Assembly: GCF_001194135.2 (NCBI RefSeq)
Contig: NC_068993.1
Span: 2,125,622 to 2,189,621 of the forward strand
Length of the DNA: 64,000 nucleotides
Reading direction: 5' to 3'
DNA from: Octopus bimaculoides
Lineage: Eukaryota
This document shows positions 41,110 to 55,049 of this stretch, in pieces. The notes under the pieces were generated by a model. It was not told the origin of the DNA, made no database searches, and saw only the letters and a program-made list of their open reading frames with translations. The position numbers were made by a program, and so were the translations under genes. Position 1 is the stretch's first letter, and every line of letters begins with the position of its first letter.

Positions 41110-41415
41110 GTATAGATGTGTGGACAAGAAGCTTACTTTGCATCTAAATGTTTTCGGGTTCAGTCCCATTGTGCAGTACCTTCGGCAAGTGTCTTCTACT
41201 GTAGCCCAGAGCCGACTAATAATTTGTGAGTGTTAGCCGAAACAGTGTGGAAGCCCGAGGCATATGTGTGTGTGTCTGTGTGTGTATGTATGAATAAGTG
41301 TATGAGCTTGTGTGTGTGTATGTTAGCAACCTGTTGCTGAACAACGGGTACTGCGTAGCTTACGACTCCATAACATAGCGGCTTCTCAAGAGAGATCGAC
41401 AGAATATTAAGAAGA
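41110..41415 (+). mobile_element. Decayed OR2/CORE-type SINE
   Basis: cgggttcagtcccattgtgcagtaccttcggcaagtgtcttctactgtagcc, internal (TG)n, tail; homologous to 39140-39270 and 52318-52675 in the opposite orientation. Confidence 0.75.
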
Positions 41416-41525
41416 ACTGTATGTATTTATTTACTAAATTTACATAAACATATCTTGAAATACTAAGGAGTAAGTTTATTCAATAAAATTTCCACGGCTT
41501 CCAGACATCTTCGAAATCTCCTGCA

Positions 41526-41725
41526 AAGTTTGGCACAAGACCAGCAATTTCAGGGGATGGAGTAAGTCGATTACATCGACCGCAGTGATTAACCAGAACT
41601 TATTTTATCAATCTCAAAGAATGAAAGGCAAATTCAGTCGCGATGGAAATTGAGCTCAGAACGCAAAGACGGACGAAATGCCGCCAAGCATTTTGTCCGA
41701 CGAGCAACGATTCAACCAGCTCCCT
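41526..41725 (-). mobile_element. tRNA-derived SINE, Nin/Deu-domain type
   Basis: aagtcgattacatcgacc...cttattttatc...gaatgaaaggcaaa...gagctcagaacgcaaagacggacgaaatgccgccaagcattttg; homologous to 57275-57490. Confidence 0.8.
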
Positions 41726-42635
41726 GTGTTAGTTTTTCCTACATATTGCAGCACACCAAAAGAAATATGAAACGAATATACCATAAAGATAGCAACATTA
41801 ATCTCTCTTATATATTGCAGCGCTGCAGCATAGACTTCAGTTTTTTCCTCATCCATTTCATGCTCAGTAGATGGTTATTGGTTTACCAATTCCAGTCACA
41901 ACCATAATGACTAAAGAAAACTAACTAAAACTAAACTATGAGAAAAGAATGAAATAGCTTCAAGCCAATTCCACGCAAGAAATATCTTCCCTATTTTACT
42001 CATTGGCAAAATATAATTTTATATTTTCGTTTCCTAATCATTATCACACTTTTACTATTTTATCTCTTTGGCATCTATAATACTATCTCTTTCACACATC
42101 TAGAATTTAATCGTCTCACACCTCAAGTTTTATTTCATTACTCGTTGTTTTAAAATCACGATTAACCTTTCGATTCTCAACATATTTCAAGCATTGCCAC
42201 AACACTTCTGTAAATTCGAACATATGTTTCCCTCTCTCTGTTTGAATATACCTTCTCTCATACTGGGTTTATAAGTAATATTCTTATTAGATTGCCCAAT
42301 TTAAACTCTTTTTAAATTTAAGTTATACTCTGAGTTTCTAAGTTTAAAATGACCCCTACTAATTTCATATTCCTTTTTATTCAAATTTGTTAAAATGCAA
42401 TTTTCTTCCTATATCCGAAACTGTTGCAGAACCCCACCCTCGGCTATTGAGTATCAAAAGTAAAGCATCATAAAGCGATGTGAGTGTAAGATTAGGTGCG
42501 AGGAAAGAGGTAGTTTTGTGAGCCAAAAGGGAGGAGTTGTAGGTTTGTAAAAATGTAGGTCTAACGGGAAACGATGATTCATACGTTAAGAGAATGGTAA
42601 AGACTTGTAAATAATTCTTACTTGGCGAGGAGTTA

Positions 42636-42923
42636 TAGACATACACACATACATACACACACATACATACATACATATATACATACATGCACACATACAT
42701 ACATACATACATACATATATACATACATACATACATACATACATACACACACACATACATACATACGTACATACGTACATACATACGTATATATTTTTAA
42801 AGAAAACGCAATGAAAGGAGATGGATTGTTTACAATAGTAGGAATGGAAAGTAAGTGAAAGAGAGAGACAGAAAGAGAGAGAGAGGGACGGTGTAGTGTG
42901 TGTGTGTGTGTGTGTGTGTGTGC

Positions 42924-42990
<67 letters not shown>
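42636..42990. repeat. (TACA)n, (TG)n and (GA)n microsatellites
   Basis: Direct reading. Confidence 0.95.
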
Positions 42991-43666
42991 AGACAGAAAC
43001 ATTATGTGCTGGTATTAAAGAAGATAACTCAAGACGAATAGGAGGGAATCAGTTATTCAGCACTGAAAGGGATAAAGGGAAGGAAAAGGAAGGAAGGAGT
43101 GTCGTGTTGAAAGAGAAAGAAATTTAGTGGGAGATGGAGAGAAAGAAATATTGATATTTAGGTTTTGAAAGATAAGGTGTTCAACTGAAAGTCAGAGGAG
43201 ACAAAGAGTGAAGGATAGAAAAGTAAATAAATGTAGGAAAATGCTGAGCTGTAAAGTTGATGAAAGATAAGAAATAAACGCTACATTGCAATATAATTTG
43301 TAAGAATGGGTAAGAAAGAACACGAAAGAGAAATTAATGAGATGCTATTTGGGAATTTCTTTTGCTCAGCCAGAACTGTAGAGAGTAGGGAGCTGGTTGA
43401 TTTTATCGATGTGGTATTATCAATTCTGTTATTGATTGCTTGAAACCATGGAATCACAGAGATGAAGGAGCGTGTATAGCGTTGTGGGCAACCAAACTAA
43501 TTGACTGAACTGTAGTTCACCAGATGAAACTCTCAGTAAATCGCGTAACTGGCGAAGGCGCTATTTTCTCAGTAAAAATTTCCTGCAGGTAGTTGAAACA
43601 CCGAAAACCTGAAAATGTGTATATACAATTAAAAATCACTTATATCTATTCCGAAGGAATTATAAT

Positions 43667-43700
<34 letters not shown>

Positions 43701-43869
43701 NNNNNNNNNNNNNNNNNNNNNNNNNNNNNNNNNNNNNNNNNNNNNNNNNNNNNNNNNNNNNNNNNNNNNNNNNNNNNNNNNNNNNNNNNNNNNNNNNNNN
43801 NNNNNNNNNNNNNNNNNNNNNNNNNNNNNNNNNNNNNNNNNNNNNNNNNNNNNNNNNNNNNNNNNNNNN

Positions 43870-43911
<42 letters not shown>

Positions 43912-44865
43912 CCATTATTCAGTTTATTTTAAGATTTCATGCCGATAGAGAAAGAACCGGTTTCTAACCTTAATCCAAGGTTGTCTTGTCATATAGAAAA
44001 TGAAAATATGTTTTTTTGCTGGAGTCAACAGGATAGCTGTCGACACGTGTATTGACATTACGCGTTGTCCACGTCACAGGAGTTTTCCTACCATGTCACC
44101 ACCAAAACAAGATACACAGCTGCAAATACAAAGAGAGGAACTCTAACACATATTGTACACACACACACACACGTACGTACGTACATACGCATGCACATAT
44201 GCATGTGTATATGTGCGTCTGCTTGTAGGATAGTAGAATGGTACTCTGATGCATTAAGCAATGTAGTAATTCTTCCAGATTATTTTATTTTCTAAACATA
44301 TATTATATTACCGATTTGTTTTAATGTATTTGTCTGAGTTAACAGTAGATAATAGCAAAATAAATTATTACTCTTTAGCTGATAAAAACGCTATGTTTTT
44401 AATTCAGTGGATACACTACCAGTAATCTTCTTCCAGTATTTAATTATTTTTCTAACTATTTTATTATTACCACAAATTTTTAAAATAAACTTCCGAAAAT
44501 TCAAAGCAACTTAACATTTCCTTCAATATTTAATTCGATCACCATTTAATCTAGATACGCAAACGGATTTTATATTTGCGTAGTTTGTAGTAAAGTCACA
44601 TCTGTATGAAATCCAACGTTTTATTTCTCTAACATATATTTATTTCATACGCGATAACAAATTTTATAAAATAGAATTAAAGCTAATATTTTTAGAACTT
44701 TAGACTAAGCAGACCAAATTTTCGACGTTAGTGTCAACATTATTCTTGCTCTCTTTCCCTCCCTCACTCTCTCTCTCTCTTTCTTTCCCTGTCTCTTTTT
44801 ATGTATACATACATACATACACTATACCTATATGTATGTATGTATATATATACATATATATATAT

Positions 44866-44937
<72 letters not shown>

Positions 44938-45509
44938 ATATATATGCAGTACAGACATATACTCAAAAAAGATATATAATCCGAATGCCTATGCAAATAC
45001 AAAGGAAATCTACAAATGAATAAAAGAGAGTATCTTATGGAAATAAACTTAAAATAAATTCATTGGAGCCAACGTGTGTTAGACTGTTACTAGAGATAAG
45101 AATCAGATGCCATATAAAGCGTTTTATACCTGCGTAGCTCTGGACAATCTTTTTTGTTTGTTGGTTGTTCTGACATTTGTGCATTAAGTATAATTACTTC
45201 ATATCACATAAAGAGAATCCTAGCGTGACTACTCCACTTCAAAATAATGGACATTATCTTTCATCTGCTTGTCAGCGAAAGCTTCGTAGTCATTCTATCC
45301 ACGGTTAGAATAACAGACTTCACATTTTGTGGAATTCGACTTTGAAGTTCTGTAATATCTAATACAATTTACCTTATGGAACTATAATTGGTGCAAGGGA
45401 AAGTTTTCATCAGAGCAACAGTTCGGATGTTAATGTAACGTCTGTTATATAACATATTCAGAGAAATATAATCCTATCAAGCAGTATGCATTGATGAATC
45501 TGCTAAGGA

Positions 45510-46720
45510 TATCCCCTATCGTCACCTGGAATGTTCGACACGCCTGGACAAAGACATTTATTGTGATACGATGATTTGGGAAGAGAAATACGCACAGATT
45601 TGTGACCACCACTCTCAAATATCAAATTATTCTTCTCTTTACTGCAATGCGATAATTCTAACTTTTATTTATTGGATATCTTCATAATGTCATTACATAA
45701 GTACCCACCAATACGGTATAGACAATAACCACTCTATTCTCGGACGAAGCCATGTTTAAAATTATTGCGTATTACAGTAAAGTATTAAAACGCAGACATT
45801 ACTTATAGAAAATCAAATACGCACCGGAAGAGGGAACAAACAACCAAAAGCACAGGGACGCGGGAAGTTGTGATACAACCCACAGGCAAATACGAATTCC
45901 ATTTTAATATTAAAAAAATGTTTTCTTATTCATCACGAAACATTTCCGGAGTGTACATAGATTCCATGACAAGTTGAGATTTAATTGTATGAGGAATATA
46001 TGTAAATGATCGCCAAACCACAACGAAATTATCCCATGGCAACAGCGACAAGGGCAAGAGAAGGGCATTCAGTTGCTGTCTCTTATGCAATGGACCTGTT
46101 TGTTGATAGAGAAAAATGTTCTACAATAAGTATGTTATAAGATTCTGTTGTATGCTACAACTGGATCGGCTGCATAGGGTTTACAAATGCACATTAAACA
46201 TCTATATCTTTTCTTCATAAAATAGAGAACTAACCCAACAGATCTGAGTATCAAATAATAGGGAAATAACTTCACTTAGGGAAGATAGATAGAGTATTAA
46301 TATACAACGTTCTATCTCATTTCCTTACAGACAAAACTCCACATAATCGATCCTCTGGCCAAGTTTAAAAAAAAGAACAGAAAAAATGGAAAAAAGAGAA
46401 GTCCCAACTCATTTTAACTTAGGGAAATATAAAAAATATCTTTTTAACCAATACCGGAGCAGGTTTCTACAAGGATGTCAGGCAAAGATAATGGATCCGA
46501 CATAATATTAGCGCTATAACGTGAACAATCACGTCCAGAGACGCCATCCACAACACGATTTACGACATGGCTACTCTAGATCCGAAATAACTATTGATGC
46601 CTGCAAAACTAACGGACTTCTTTAAGAAAACTATTAGTTATCTGACCAATCATATTATCAACTACACGGAAAAATGTCTTAATCACTTTTATTATTTCAC
46701 TTCACGATGAATGCAGTACA
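45510..46720 (+). mobile_element. Decayed LINE APE-endonuclease region (L1/Tx1- or RTE-like)
   Basis: IVTWNVR at about 45517, a GDFN-like remnant at about 45978 and GKIDRVLI at about 46280, in the expected order; many stops. Confidence 0.35.
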
Positions 46721-47299
46721 TTGACGGCAACTAGACGAAACTTTAATATACCAGGAAATAATCAAGTTAACCAGCACAGGTTTACATGAATATACACAAA
46801 CTCACAGCTACACATATAGACACACACATACACACTCACACACAACAATATAGGTTTATAGGTTTGTGTGTCTCTATGACACCGGTGTAAATTTAAAACT
46901 GATATTCATTCATACATATTAATGTAATTAAATCATTCTATTTCTAATAAATCAACAGGGAATTTTGAATACACACTTTCTTCATTATAATTCATTTCTC
47001 AACAAACATATATCTATTCATTAATATTTCAGGGTGATTCTCGAACTGTGACATTGTGTGTCAGTAACAACAACGTTTACTTGTCTTGGAGTTTGTTAAT
47101 TCGCCAAGTTTAAACACCAGACGACGATCATTGAATAGGAGACACAGCAGGGAATACATTGGTAGCACTTTCGTATTTGAATTTCTTTGAAAGAAGGAAT
47201 TTAATAATGTCTAACATTGAATTAATGTAATTAATTAAAAATAAATTTCCCTCTTCACTCAGGAAATATTTCGAAAAATGTGTCTGAAATTCAGACATA

Positions 47300-47603
47300 T
47301 CATTCAGATTTCGCTATAGTGAGATAGATAACAAAACTGCTATGGCCAAAGATGAACTGAAGGCAAAGATAATAGCAGCATTCATCAAATTATACAAGGA
47401 GTCTGTCAAAAAGACCAGCCTGGAGATTTCGAAGACGTCTGGAAACCGTGATGGAAGCGAATGGAGATTTTATTGAATAAATTTACTCCTTAGTATTTCA
47501 AGATATGTTTATGTAAATTTGGTAAATATATTTGTTAAAATGAGATGTCGGTGTTGTTTTTATTTTTGCGTAATTTATATGACAGTTTATTCACCGCACC
47601 CTG
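47300..47603 (+). mobile_element. Tc1/mariner-superfamily 3' remnant with right TIR
   Basis: KDELKAKIIAAFIKLYKESVKKT / RFRRRLETVMEANGDFIE*, then ...ttattcaccgcaccctg followed by TA at 47604-47605. Confidence 0.82.
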
Positions 47604-47835
47604 TATATATGTGTGTCACTGTGTAGACATTTATGTTGTTAGGAGTTCGGCAAGAACACAACAGAACACATCTCAACTTGATGAAGCCTTTTAGTATAAC
47701 ACGGAAAGTCCTCACTTCACCATATTACCAGCAATAATAATGACTCGGTTCAACAACATAAATTAGACATCACTAATAATACATGGCAGACGGGACAACA
47801 GAAATACAAGCCATTTAAACATTGAACGCTTATAG

Positions 47836-47858
47836 CACTACTACTACTACTACTACTG

Positions 47859-47906
<48 letters not shown>

Positions 47907-48170
47907 TCACCGGTGTTGCTGCTGCTGCTACTGGCACTCCTGATGCTGCTGCAAGCAGCATGATACATGAAAGTATTATTTTAAAGAGATAGATTAATTT
48001 AAGGATGATCCTCACCATCATCAACATCATCGTCATCATCATTACAACATAAACCGCCTCCGCCTCCTCCCCCTCCTCCTCATCATCATTATCAACATCA
48101 CCATCATCGCCATCATCTTTATCAACGTCATTACTCTCGTTAGTATTAGTGTCAACAGCATCGACAATTC
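47836..48170. repeat. (CTA)n, (GCT)n and (CAT/CCT)n low-complexity tract
   Basis: Direct reading; explains ORF 47830-48330. Confidence 0.9.
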
Positions 48171-49377
48171 CTCGTTCACCGTCACCATTAACAGATGGCG
48201 TCGGCACTATATCTAGCCTTAGAACCGTAGCACCATATCGAGGCTTATTACTCTTCCTTCCATATTGTCGAACTGGAATTTCGCTTGCAGTGTCAAATAC
48301 ATTTTTAACAATCCAATAAAACAAATACATTTGAAATGATTTTAATTATCGCACCCCCCACTCCTATTAAACCTCGTGTTATGATAAATTCTAATCCATT
48401 CCAGGAATATACAATACTTGATACAGAATAAAAGAAAACACAATATATTCAAAATGACACGTGTTCAATAACTACGGGATATAAAAGAGGACTTGAAATA
48501 TTCAAAATAGCAATTGTGAACAACTAATTAGTTCCTACTGTTCATTAAGGTTCCATTCCACCACGAGGAATTCTAGAGGCTGAAAATAAATTTTAATCTT
48601 CGACAAATGTTTGTCAGTTCCAAATGCTCGTTTGCAACAAGTAAAAACCATTTAAAATTATGTACAGTTTCCTGAAATTTATGATTTTACGATCTATAAT
48701 ATGCTACAATATTAATTTAACTATTTAACTGCAATGTATATACACAGGCAGTAACGTATACATACAGGTGTATATGTACGCACGCACACACACACGCGCG
48801 CGTGCTCGCACTCACGCCTACATATTCATACAAGCATACGTATCATGTCTATTTTCCCCTCTCTACAGTAAAGTTCTATTTTCCTTCTCTCTTTCTCTTC
48901 TTTCTACCTCTTACACATTTTCTCATCTCTAGTTACCTTTAACTCTCTGTTCCCATCACTAACTCTTTCTCAAGCTACTGACTTCCACCTTTTCAATCTT
49001 CATCCCGTCTGTTTACCTATCTAATTAATCTATCACTGTTTATAATACTCTTCCTCTCTCTCTCTCTTCCACCACAACTACTATCTTCTGTAAGGCATTA
49101 AATGAGACTACAGAAAAAACAAATCCCAGGAAATAGTAAACCTTGATCTGTGACTTAACATATATATTCCAATAACTAATAAACGCCAGCTGAAAAATGC
49201 CGCTACACAGACTCGAACCTAGACCCACAGCATGGCAAGAGGCGTGGTATCGTTTACACCACAAATTTCGCAATTATATATTTTGTATTATAATAGCTTT
49301 ATAACGTATCTGTTCTTGTTAAAATACCAGTTAGGAAGCCATGCAATGAATATATAAGCATCGTATATGCATACATA

Positions 49378-49440
49378 TTAGTTTCAATTTTGGTGCAAGA
49401 CCAGCAATTTCAGGGAAGGGTGTAAGTCGATTAACCCCCA
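49378..49440 (-). mobile_element. 3' tail fragment of the Nin/Deu-type SINE
   Basis: ttttggtgcaagaccagcaatttcagggaagggtgtaagtcgatt is nearly identical to 41529-41575. Confidence 0.7.
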
Positions 49441-49489
49441 CCCCACCCCACCCCATACAATATATAATACATGCCTTAATATTGAAGCA

Positions 49490-49906
49490 TGGAAAGAAGA
49501 GCTCCCTGTTTCGGATGACGAGCAGCTGCCCCGCAACATTCTCTTGGGTTTCCTCAACGTCTTTAAATATTTTGGGGGTTTTCACTGCGAAGACTGAGCC
49601 TTGGTTTTGGGATCATAGCCATAACCCACGATTCGTCACCTGTTATGATTGTTTTCAAAACGCTTTCGTTTTCCTCAATCAAGGAAATCCTGTGTAGTTG
49701 AGAAACCGGTGTTCTTTTTGAGACGACCACACCCTACACACTTTACTTCCGAGCACTGCTATAACCAACAGAAATGAACAAGAACGATATAAATTACTGT
49801 ACATACACGACAGAGTTTAGGGTCAACCTGTGCCTAGTGGCTTGACTCTGTGGGCTTTAGCTCCGTTACCACGGCAACAGTCCCGATACTTTTTGATCAG
49901 ACCTAG
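49490..49906 (-). mobile_element. Internally deleted mariner (DD34D-type) element with left TIR
   Basis: Minus strand TA-ctaggtctgatcaaaaagtatcgggactg TIR; VLKTIITGDESWV/YGYDPKTKAQSSQ*; then DVEETQENVAGQLLVI. Confidence 0.88.
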
Positions 49907-50234
49907 TAAACACGTATGTACATGGTTCATGTGCACTTATTTTCATATAGAAGTATTATATATTATATGCATAATACCTTGCACAACAAAACATTAAAAT
50001 CTCTATATGTCAATGTATATTGTATACGTTGCTATTTAACTGAGCAGAGTTGTTAGAACAGCATGTCTTGTTTGTAACTACGCACTTGTGTCTTTTATTA
50101 GCAGAACATATAGAAACACAGTGAACATTGAAAGAGAGACATTTTTAACAAAGACAAGTAGGATTAGTGAAACATTTATCAAAATAGCAATACGGACGAC
50201 GATGCAGCTGAAAGAAACACCTACGTGAAAATCA

Positions 50235-50745
50235 TAGAGAAGTTGTGGAATATAAGGAATCCTGGAGAAAGGAATGGAAATTCAAAAGAGTTATCTCAGG
50301 TAATATCCATATCTATGTAATCCAGATTACGCTACACAGAAGAGCACACATATTGCAGACAGGCAAATCCACTCAAATCATATATATTCCATATACAGTT
50401 ATATACACATATATTCCATATACAGTTCCAGGCTCTCTAGATTCGATCCAAAGAAATTGAAAAGATTGAGAAATATGAGGACCTCCCCAGAAATGAAGAG
50501 ATTCGGGAAAACAATATTCCTATGATAATTGGTGTGTTTGGCATAACCATCAAACTGCTACCTAATAGGTTGAAGGATGTTGGAATTGAATCTCCAATTG
50601 TCGACCTGCAGAAAATCGCAATCCTGTATTCTACAAGAGCTTTAAGAACAATTCTTGAGATTTGAGGAGTCTTGTTTTCACCAAGCCTAAAGGTAGCGTT
50701 CCTGCTAACCGATGTCATATGTAGTAAGCGTTAATGATAATAAAT
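50235..50745 (+). mobile_element. R4/Dong-like non-LTR retrotransposon 3' end (RLE endonuclease C-terminus)
   Basis: KEIEKIEKYEDL...IPMIIGVFGITIKLLPNRLKDVGIESPIVDLQKIAILYSTRALRTILEI* (stop 50663-50665), with a short TAA-type tail near 50731. Confidence 0.8.
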
Positions 50746-51959
50746 ATGGACTCTCCCATCGAAGACAACGTATGAGAGTTCAGCTTTTGCAGAACGACCT
50801 GCCACACAAATGATTTGTTTATGGTGATCAAATGTATGTACAGTACATATGCTCAGTCCCTCCATCAAATCACATACGAAATATTTCCCTCATTCCATAT
50901 TATTCTTAGAACGCCACGTCTGAAGCCTCTACGGTTAATGGATCTTGTAACACACTACACAAATTGATTTTCAGTGCCATCTCTCTTGCCATGGCCAGTC
51001 TGGGAAGGTGAGCAAAGATTACAGAAACTTTTCCTCTTTTTGGATCACGGAGTGCCACCGAATATGGACTCGTTTAAGCAAATTATTCGTAAACCAACGA
51101 TCGATGTGGTGCGAGATGCTTTTGACTTGAAGGTGTTAATTGGGGTTCCATGTTCTATAGTTTATATATCTGGATCATTAACTGACACTTTCTTACACTA
51201 TTCCAAATGACCAACCATCTGCTACAAAGGATTAATGATCTGTGAAGATAAATTGTAAAACAAAGGTTAATTAGATGTTGAATTAATTAGTCTGTTTCAA
51301 CTGATAACTTGTCAGTTTACAAATGATAATTAAGACATTTGCTTGGAAGGTAAATAGAGGAGACAAACAATGAAGTCAATTGCCAGCAACTGTAAACTGG
51401 CAAATGTGAAAATCAATGAGGCATCATATGTTGACAGTGGTGTGAGAATAAAATGATACATCAGATAAGAGACGTTATACAATGATAGCATTATATGAAA
51501 ATTAGACAACAGATTTCAACTGCTTTATATGATAATATGCCTAAGAATGCGTGCTGTGTAAGTACTTAGTGATTTATTGTTAGGTATGTGTTATGTGTGT
51601 GTTGTCTAGTATTAATAGCTGTTGATTTTATAGAGTATATGTTGTGCTACAGGTTGATGGTGATCCATATTGTATGTGTGTTGTGTGACATGTTATGTTG
51701 TTTGGTGGGAAAAATATACTTTGCTTGGCGAGAGTGATATAAGTACATTTTACATATGATATGGGCTGCACATAAGAGAGTTTTTTAGAACATATTTAAC
51801 GTTGCAAGTGTTTGTATGATTTGAACATATTTGGTCGGAGGGGACGATCCATCATTAATGGTAGTCTTTTCATTTGTGACAAATATTCTACATATTCTTA
51901 TTTCAAAATCCCTACCGTTTCACTCAGTATTTTGCTGAGACAGAACGATGTATCTGTCA

Positions 51960-52100
51960 GTGATACAAATTTCGCCGGCGTCCGCTTTGCTAGTCATCCT
52001 TTTGGGGCCGCTAAAATGAGTACCTGTCGAGCAGTGGAGGCTTTGTAGTCGACTTGCCCCCTCCCCCCACAAATTGCTGGCCTTTCTCCAGAATTTGAAA
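51960..52100 (+). mobile_element. Decayed Nin/Deu-type SINE (core plus tail)
   Basis: gtcatccttttggggccgctaaaatgagtacc...gtcgacttgccccctccccccacaaattgctggcc. Confidence 0.65.
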
Positions 52101-52317
52101 CTGATATTTGTTTTCCACTTGATCTTTCTTCACTTGACAGATTATTATTCATTCTTTAGTGTTAAATACTGAGATCCTTTGCTTTCTTCGTGTAAGTATA
52201 TTTCGTTAATTCGTTTTCGTTTGCTTCCGTTTCATTTTTCTCGCACCATAGTCCACGCCGTGTGGGGCTTTTATTTTCATCAGAACCTTTCGTCCTTGCG
52301 TGATGGGTATTTTCTTT

Positions 52318-52675
52318 TATTCCTTTATTTGTTTCAGTCATTTGACTGCGGCCATACTGGAGCACCGCTTTTAGTCGAACAGATCGATCCCAGGACTTAT
52401 TCTTTGGAAGCCTAGTACTTATTCTATCAGGCTCTTTTGCCGAGCCGCTAAGTTACGGGGACGTAAACGCACCAACATCTGTTGTCAAGCGATGGTTGGG
52501 GAACAAGCATAGATATACACAAACACAACACACACACATACGACGGGCTTCTTTCAGTTCCCGTCTACCAAATCCACTCACAAGGCTTTGGTCGGCCCGA
52601 GCCTATAGAAAACCCTTGCCCATGGTGCCACGCAGTGGGGCTGAACCCAGAGCTACTTTCCTCACAGCCATATTC
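52318..52675 (-). mobile_element. Near full-length OR2/CORE-type tRNA-derived SINE (head partly deleted)
   Basis: tttcagtcatttgactgcggccatactggagcaccgc...gacgggcttctttcagttcccgtctaccaaatccactcacaaggctttggtcggcccgag...gtgccacgcagtgggg. Confidence 0.88.
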
Positions 52676-53800
52676 TATTTATATCAGCTTCCTAATACTA
52701 TAGATGGAGTGTATATTCATGCCTATTTCTGACATTAAAGTTTACTTCTAATAGCTTTATAACTGTTCAGCAAAACTTCCGTATCAAACTGTGTTTGTAT
52801 GGATGCGTCTCATCTAATTCTCTGATTTATGTCTGTTTCTCAGCTTTCGATAATTTGTCTATTCTTATGGCAATTGTGTCGTATCTCGCTAATTTTATTT
52901 TCTGTCTAAATCTATAGACACATTTAGTAAGTTTTCCGAACAGGCGTAGTAATGTTTTGTTAATGTTTTCAAGACGTCCATGTAACGAAGATACATAGAA
53001 GTTGTCTGTCGTGAACCTCCACAACAATTTGCCATTGTATTAAACAACTATTTTAGTGGCACCAGACCATGGAAAATAAATAAGATATAATATATGGGGT
53101 CACCGTAGAAGAGTCCGCTTCCTATGTGTCCAGGATTGGTTTTCCACATCTACTCTTTATCTTGTAGGGCAATAAGAATGATATACCTCCTATTAGGATA
53201 AATTTATGTGTAGGAAAGGTATGCTAATCACTTCCGGTCACTGCAAGGTGAGTTTTGCGTCATTATTTTTCATCAACCTCTACAATTGTCACGTAACGTT
53301 CTGCACATAGTTGTCATGTGACGTTCTGCACGACCATGCATCCGTTTGCGATATCCTTTCTGTTTCTCTTCTAACAAGTTTTATCCTGCTTTATGAGTAC
53401 CATCTTGTTTTGGCATACGAACTTGGGTGATGTGTATTTTGCTTGGCAAGCAAGATATAAAACTGTAGTGTTGTGCGTTTGGAGGTTTCTATATTTTTGG
53501 TTTGGGGAATGCATGTTCTAGGAGGTCTGCTTGTAGTATAGCTCTTCTCTGCTTTTCAGCATTGCTCGCAACACTTACCCATGGGTATTTAGCATTTATT
53601 TCAACAAGAAATGAATGCAAAGTTTTCCAGTTGCTTTATGTTATTAATGCATTAGTGTGGTTCGGTTTCTCTGCAATACTTCTTTCTCTCCTTCTTTTCA
53701 CCTGTTTTTGGGACCATATTTCCTTCTCAATGTGTCAGAAGTTTCAGTAATGTTGCTATACCCTCTACTGTTTTTTCTTTCAAAGTTCCTCATAGTTACA

Positions 53801-53910
53801 ATTCTTCTTCTTCTTCTTCTTCTTCTTCTTCTTCTTCTTCTTCTTCTTCTTCTTCTTCTTCTTCTTNNNNNNNNNNCTCCTCTTCCTCCTTCCCCTCCCC
53901 CTCCACCTCA
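53801..53910. repeat. (CTT)n/(CCT)n microsatellite
   Basis: Direct reading. Confidence 0.95.
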
Positions 53911-54884
53911 TCGCTGCTGCTTCTGCTATTATTAGTCTTCTAAATAAATATGATTCTTAACCTCTCTCTCTTTTCCCATGAATACTTCGCTCACATTATT
54001 AGAATCGTACACCTGCAAACTTCTATCTGCACACAAACATAACGTAATCGCTGTTGTTTCATTTTTCATCTGGATATATCAAGGTTTCTCTTGAGCACAT
54101 ATTTACTTATTCATATCCAAAAGCCATAATGATGCAAATGCTCGTTTAATCTCTGCAAGATAAATATTTAGAATATCTCATCTTTAGAGAATTCATGAAA
54201 CATTTACCAATGCTATCTAAGACTTCCTTACCTAAAACAAGCAAGTAAGGAAACAAAAACTCTCTTCCAAAACAAAGCCAAAAAAGAAAAAAAAAACAAA
54301 CAGAAAAAAACAAACAAGATAAGTAAAAACAAAACTGACGGAGAATTCTTTTTAAAATACTGCAAGAAGTAAAGTTAGTATACATTTGATGCAATAAATA
54401 GTTTAAAAAAATGCTTTGTGTGAAATTACATGTTAATTGTAGAATAAATATTTCGATATGATCAAATATTTAGTTTTGGTCATATTCAATGAGGGAATCA
54501 CTCATGCTAATTACAAGTTCCTTGCTTCTGAGAATGTCAAATTAGTCCCTTGGAAACTTCCAGATGCCTTTCACATGTTCTTTTACAAATGTATAGCCAT
54601 CGCCTGCTTCCCTGTTTTGTTCTGGCGAAAGGATTAATGGAGTCACGATGTAAAAGGTCCTGGCATTCCCACTTTATGGGGTCAAGTTGGAAAGAGAGTG
54701 TGAAGTTACTTAGGGAAATCGTTGTACTTGACACCTGTACTTGGCTGGTACTTTATCTGTCGAACCCGATGTAAAGCAAATAAACCTTGGTGGGATTTTT
54801 TATTTCAGACTTCAGTGAAACGACACGATACTACAAAGAAATTTCTGCCGGACACTCCCAATGCTTCTTCTACTTTACCTTTAT

Positions 54885-54980
54885 ATTTTATCTCTTACTG
54901 GTTTCAGTCACTGGGCTGCAGCCATACTGGAGCACCAGCAGTTAGACACTATCACTTCTTTGTAATGTCTGGTACTTATT
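54885..54980 (-). mobile_element. 3' tail fragment of the OR2/CORE-type SINE
   Basis: ggtttcagtcactgggctgcagccatactggagcacc...ggtacttattctat resembles 52330-52425. Confidence 0.65.
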
Positions 54981-55049
54981 CTATGGGTCCCTTTTGGGTG
55001 GGAAAATATAAAGTTGGATACTTTATATATATATATATCAGTGTAAGCA

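Noticed and set aside
51008-51030. gtgagcaaag matches the 5' end of miR-87
   Set aside because: Match ends after 10 nt and there is no precursor hairpin
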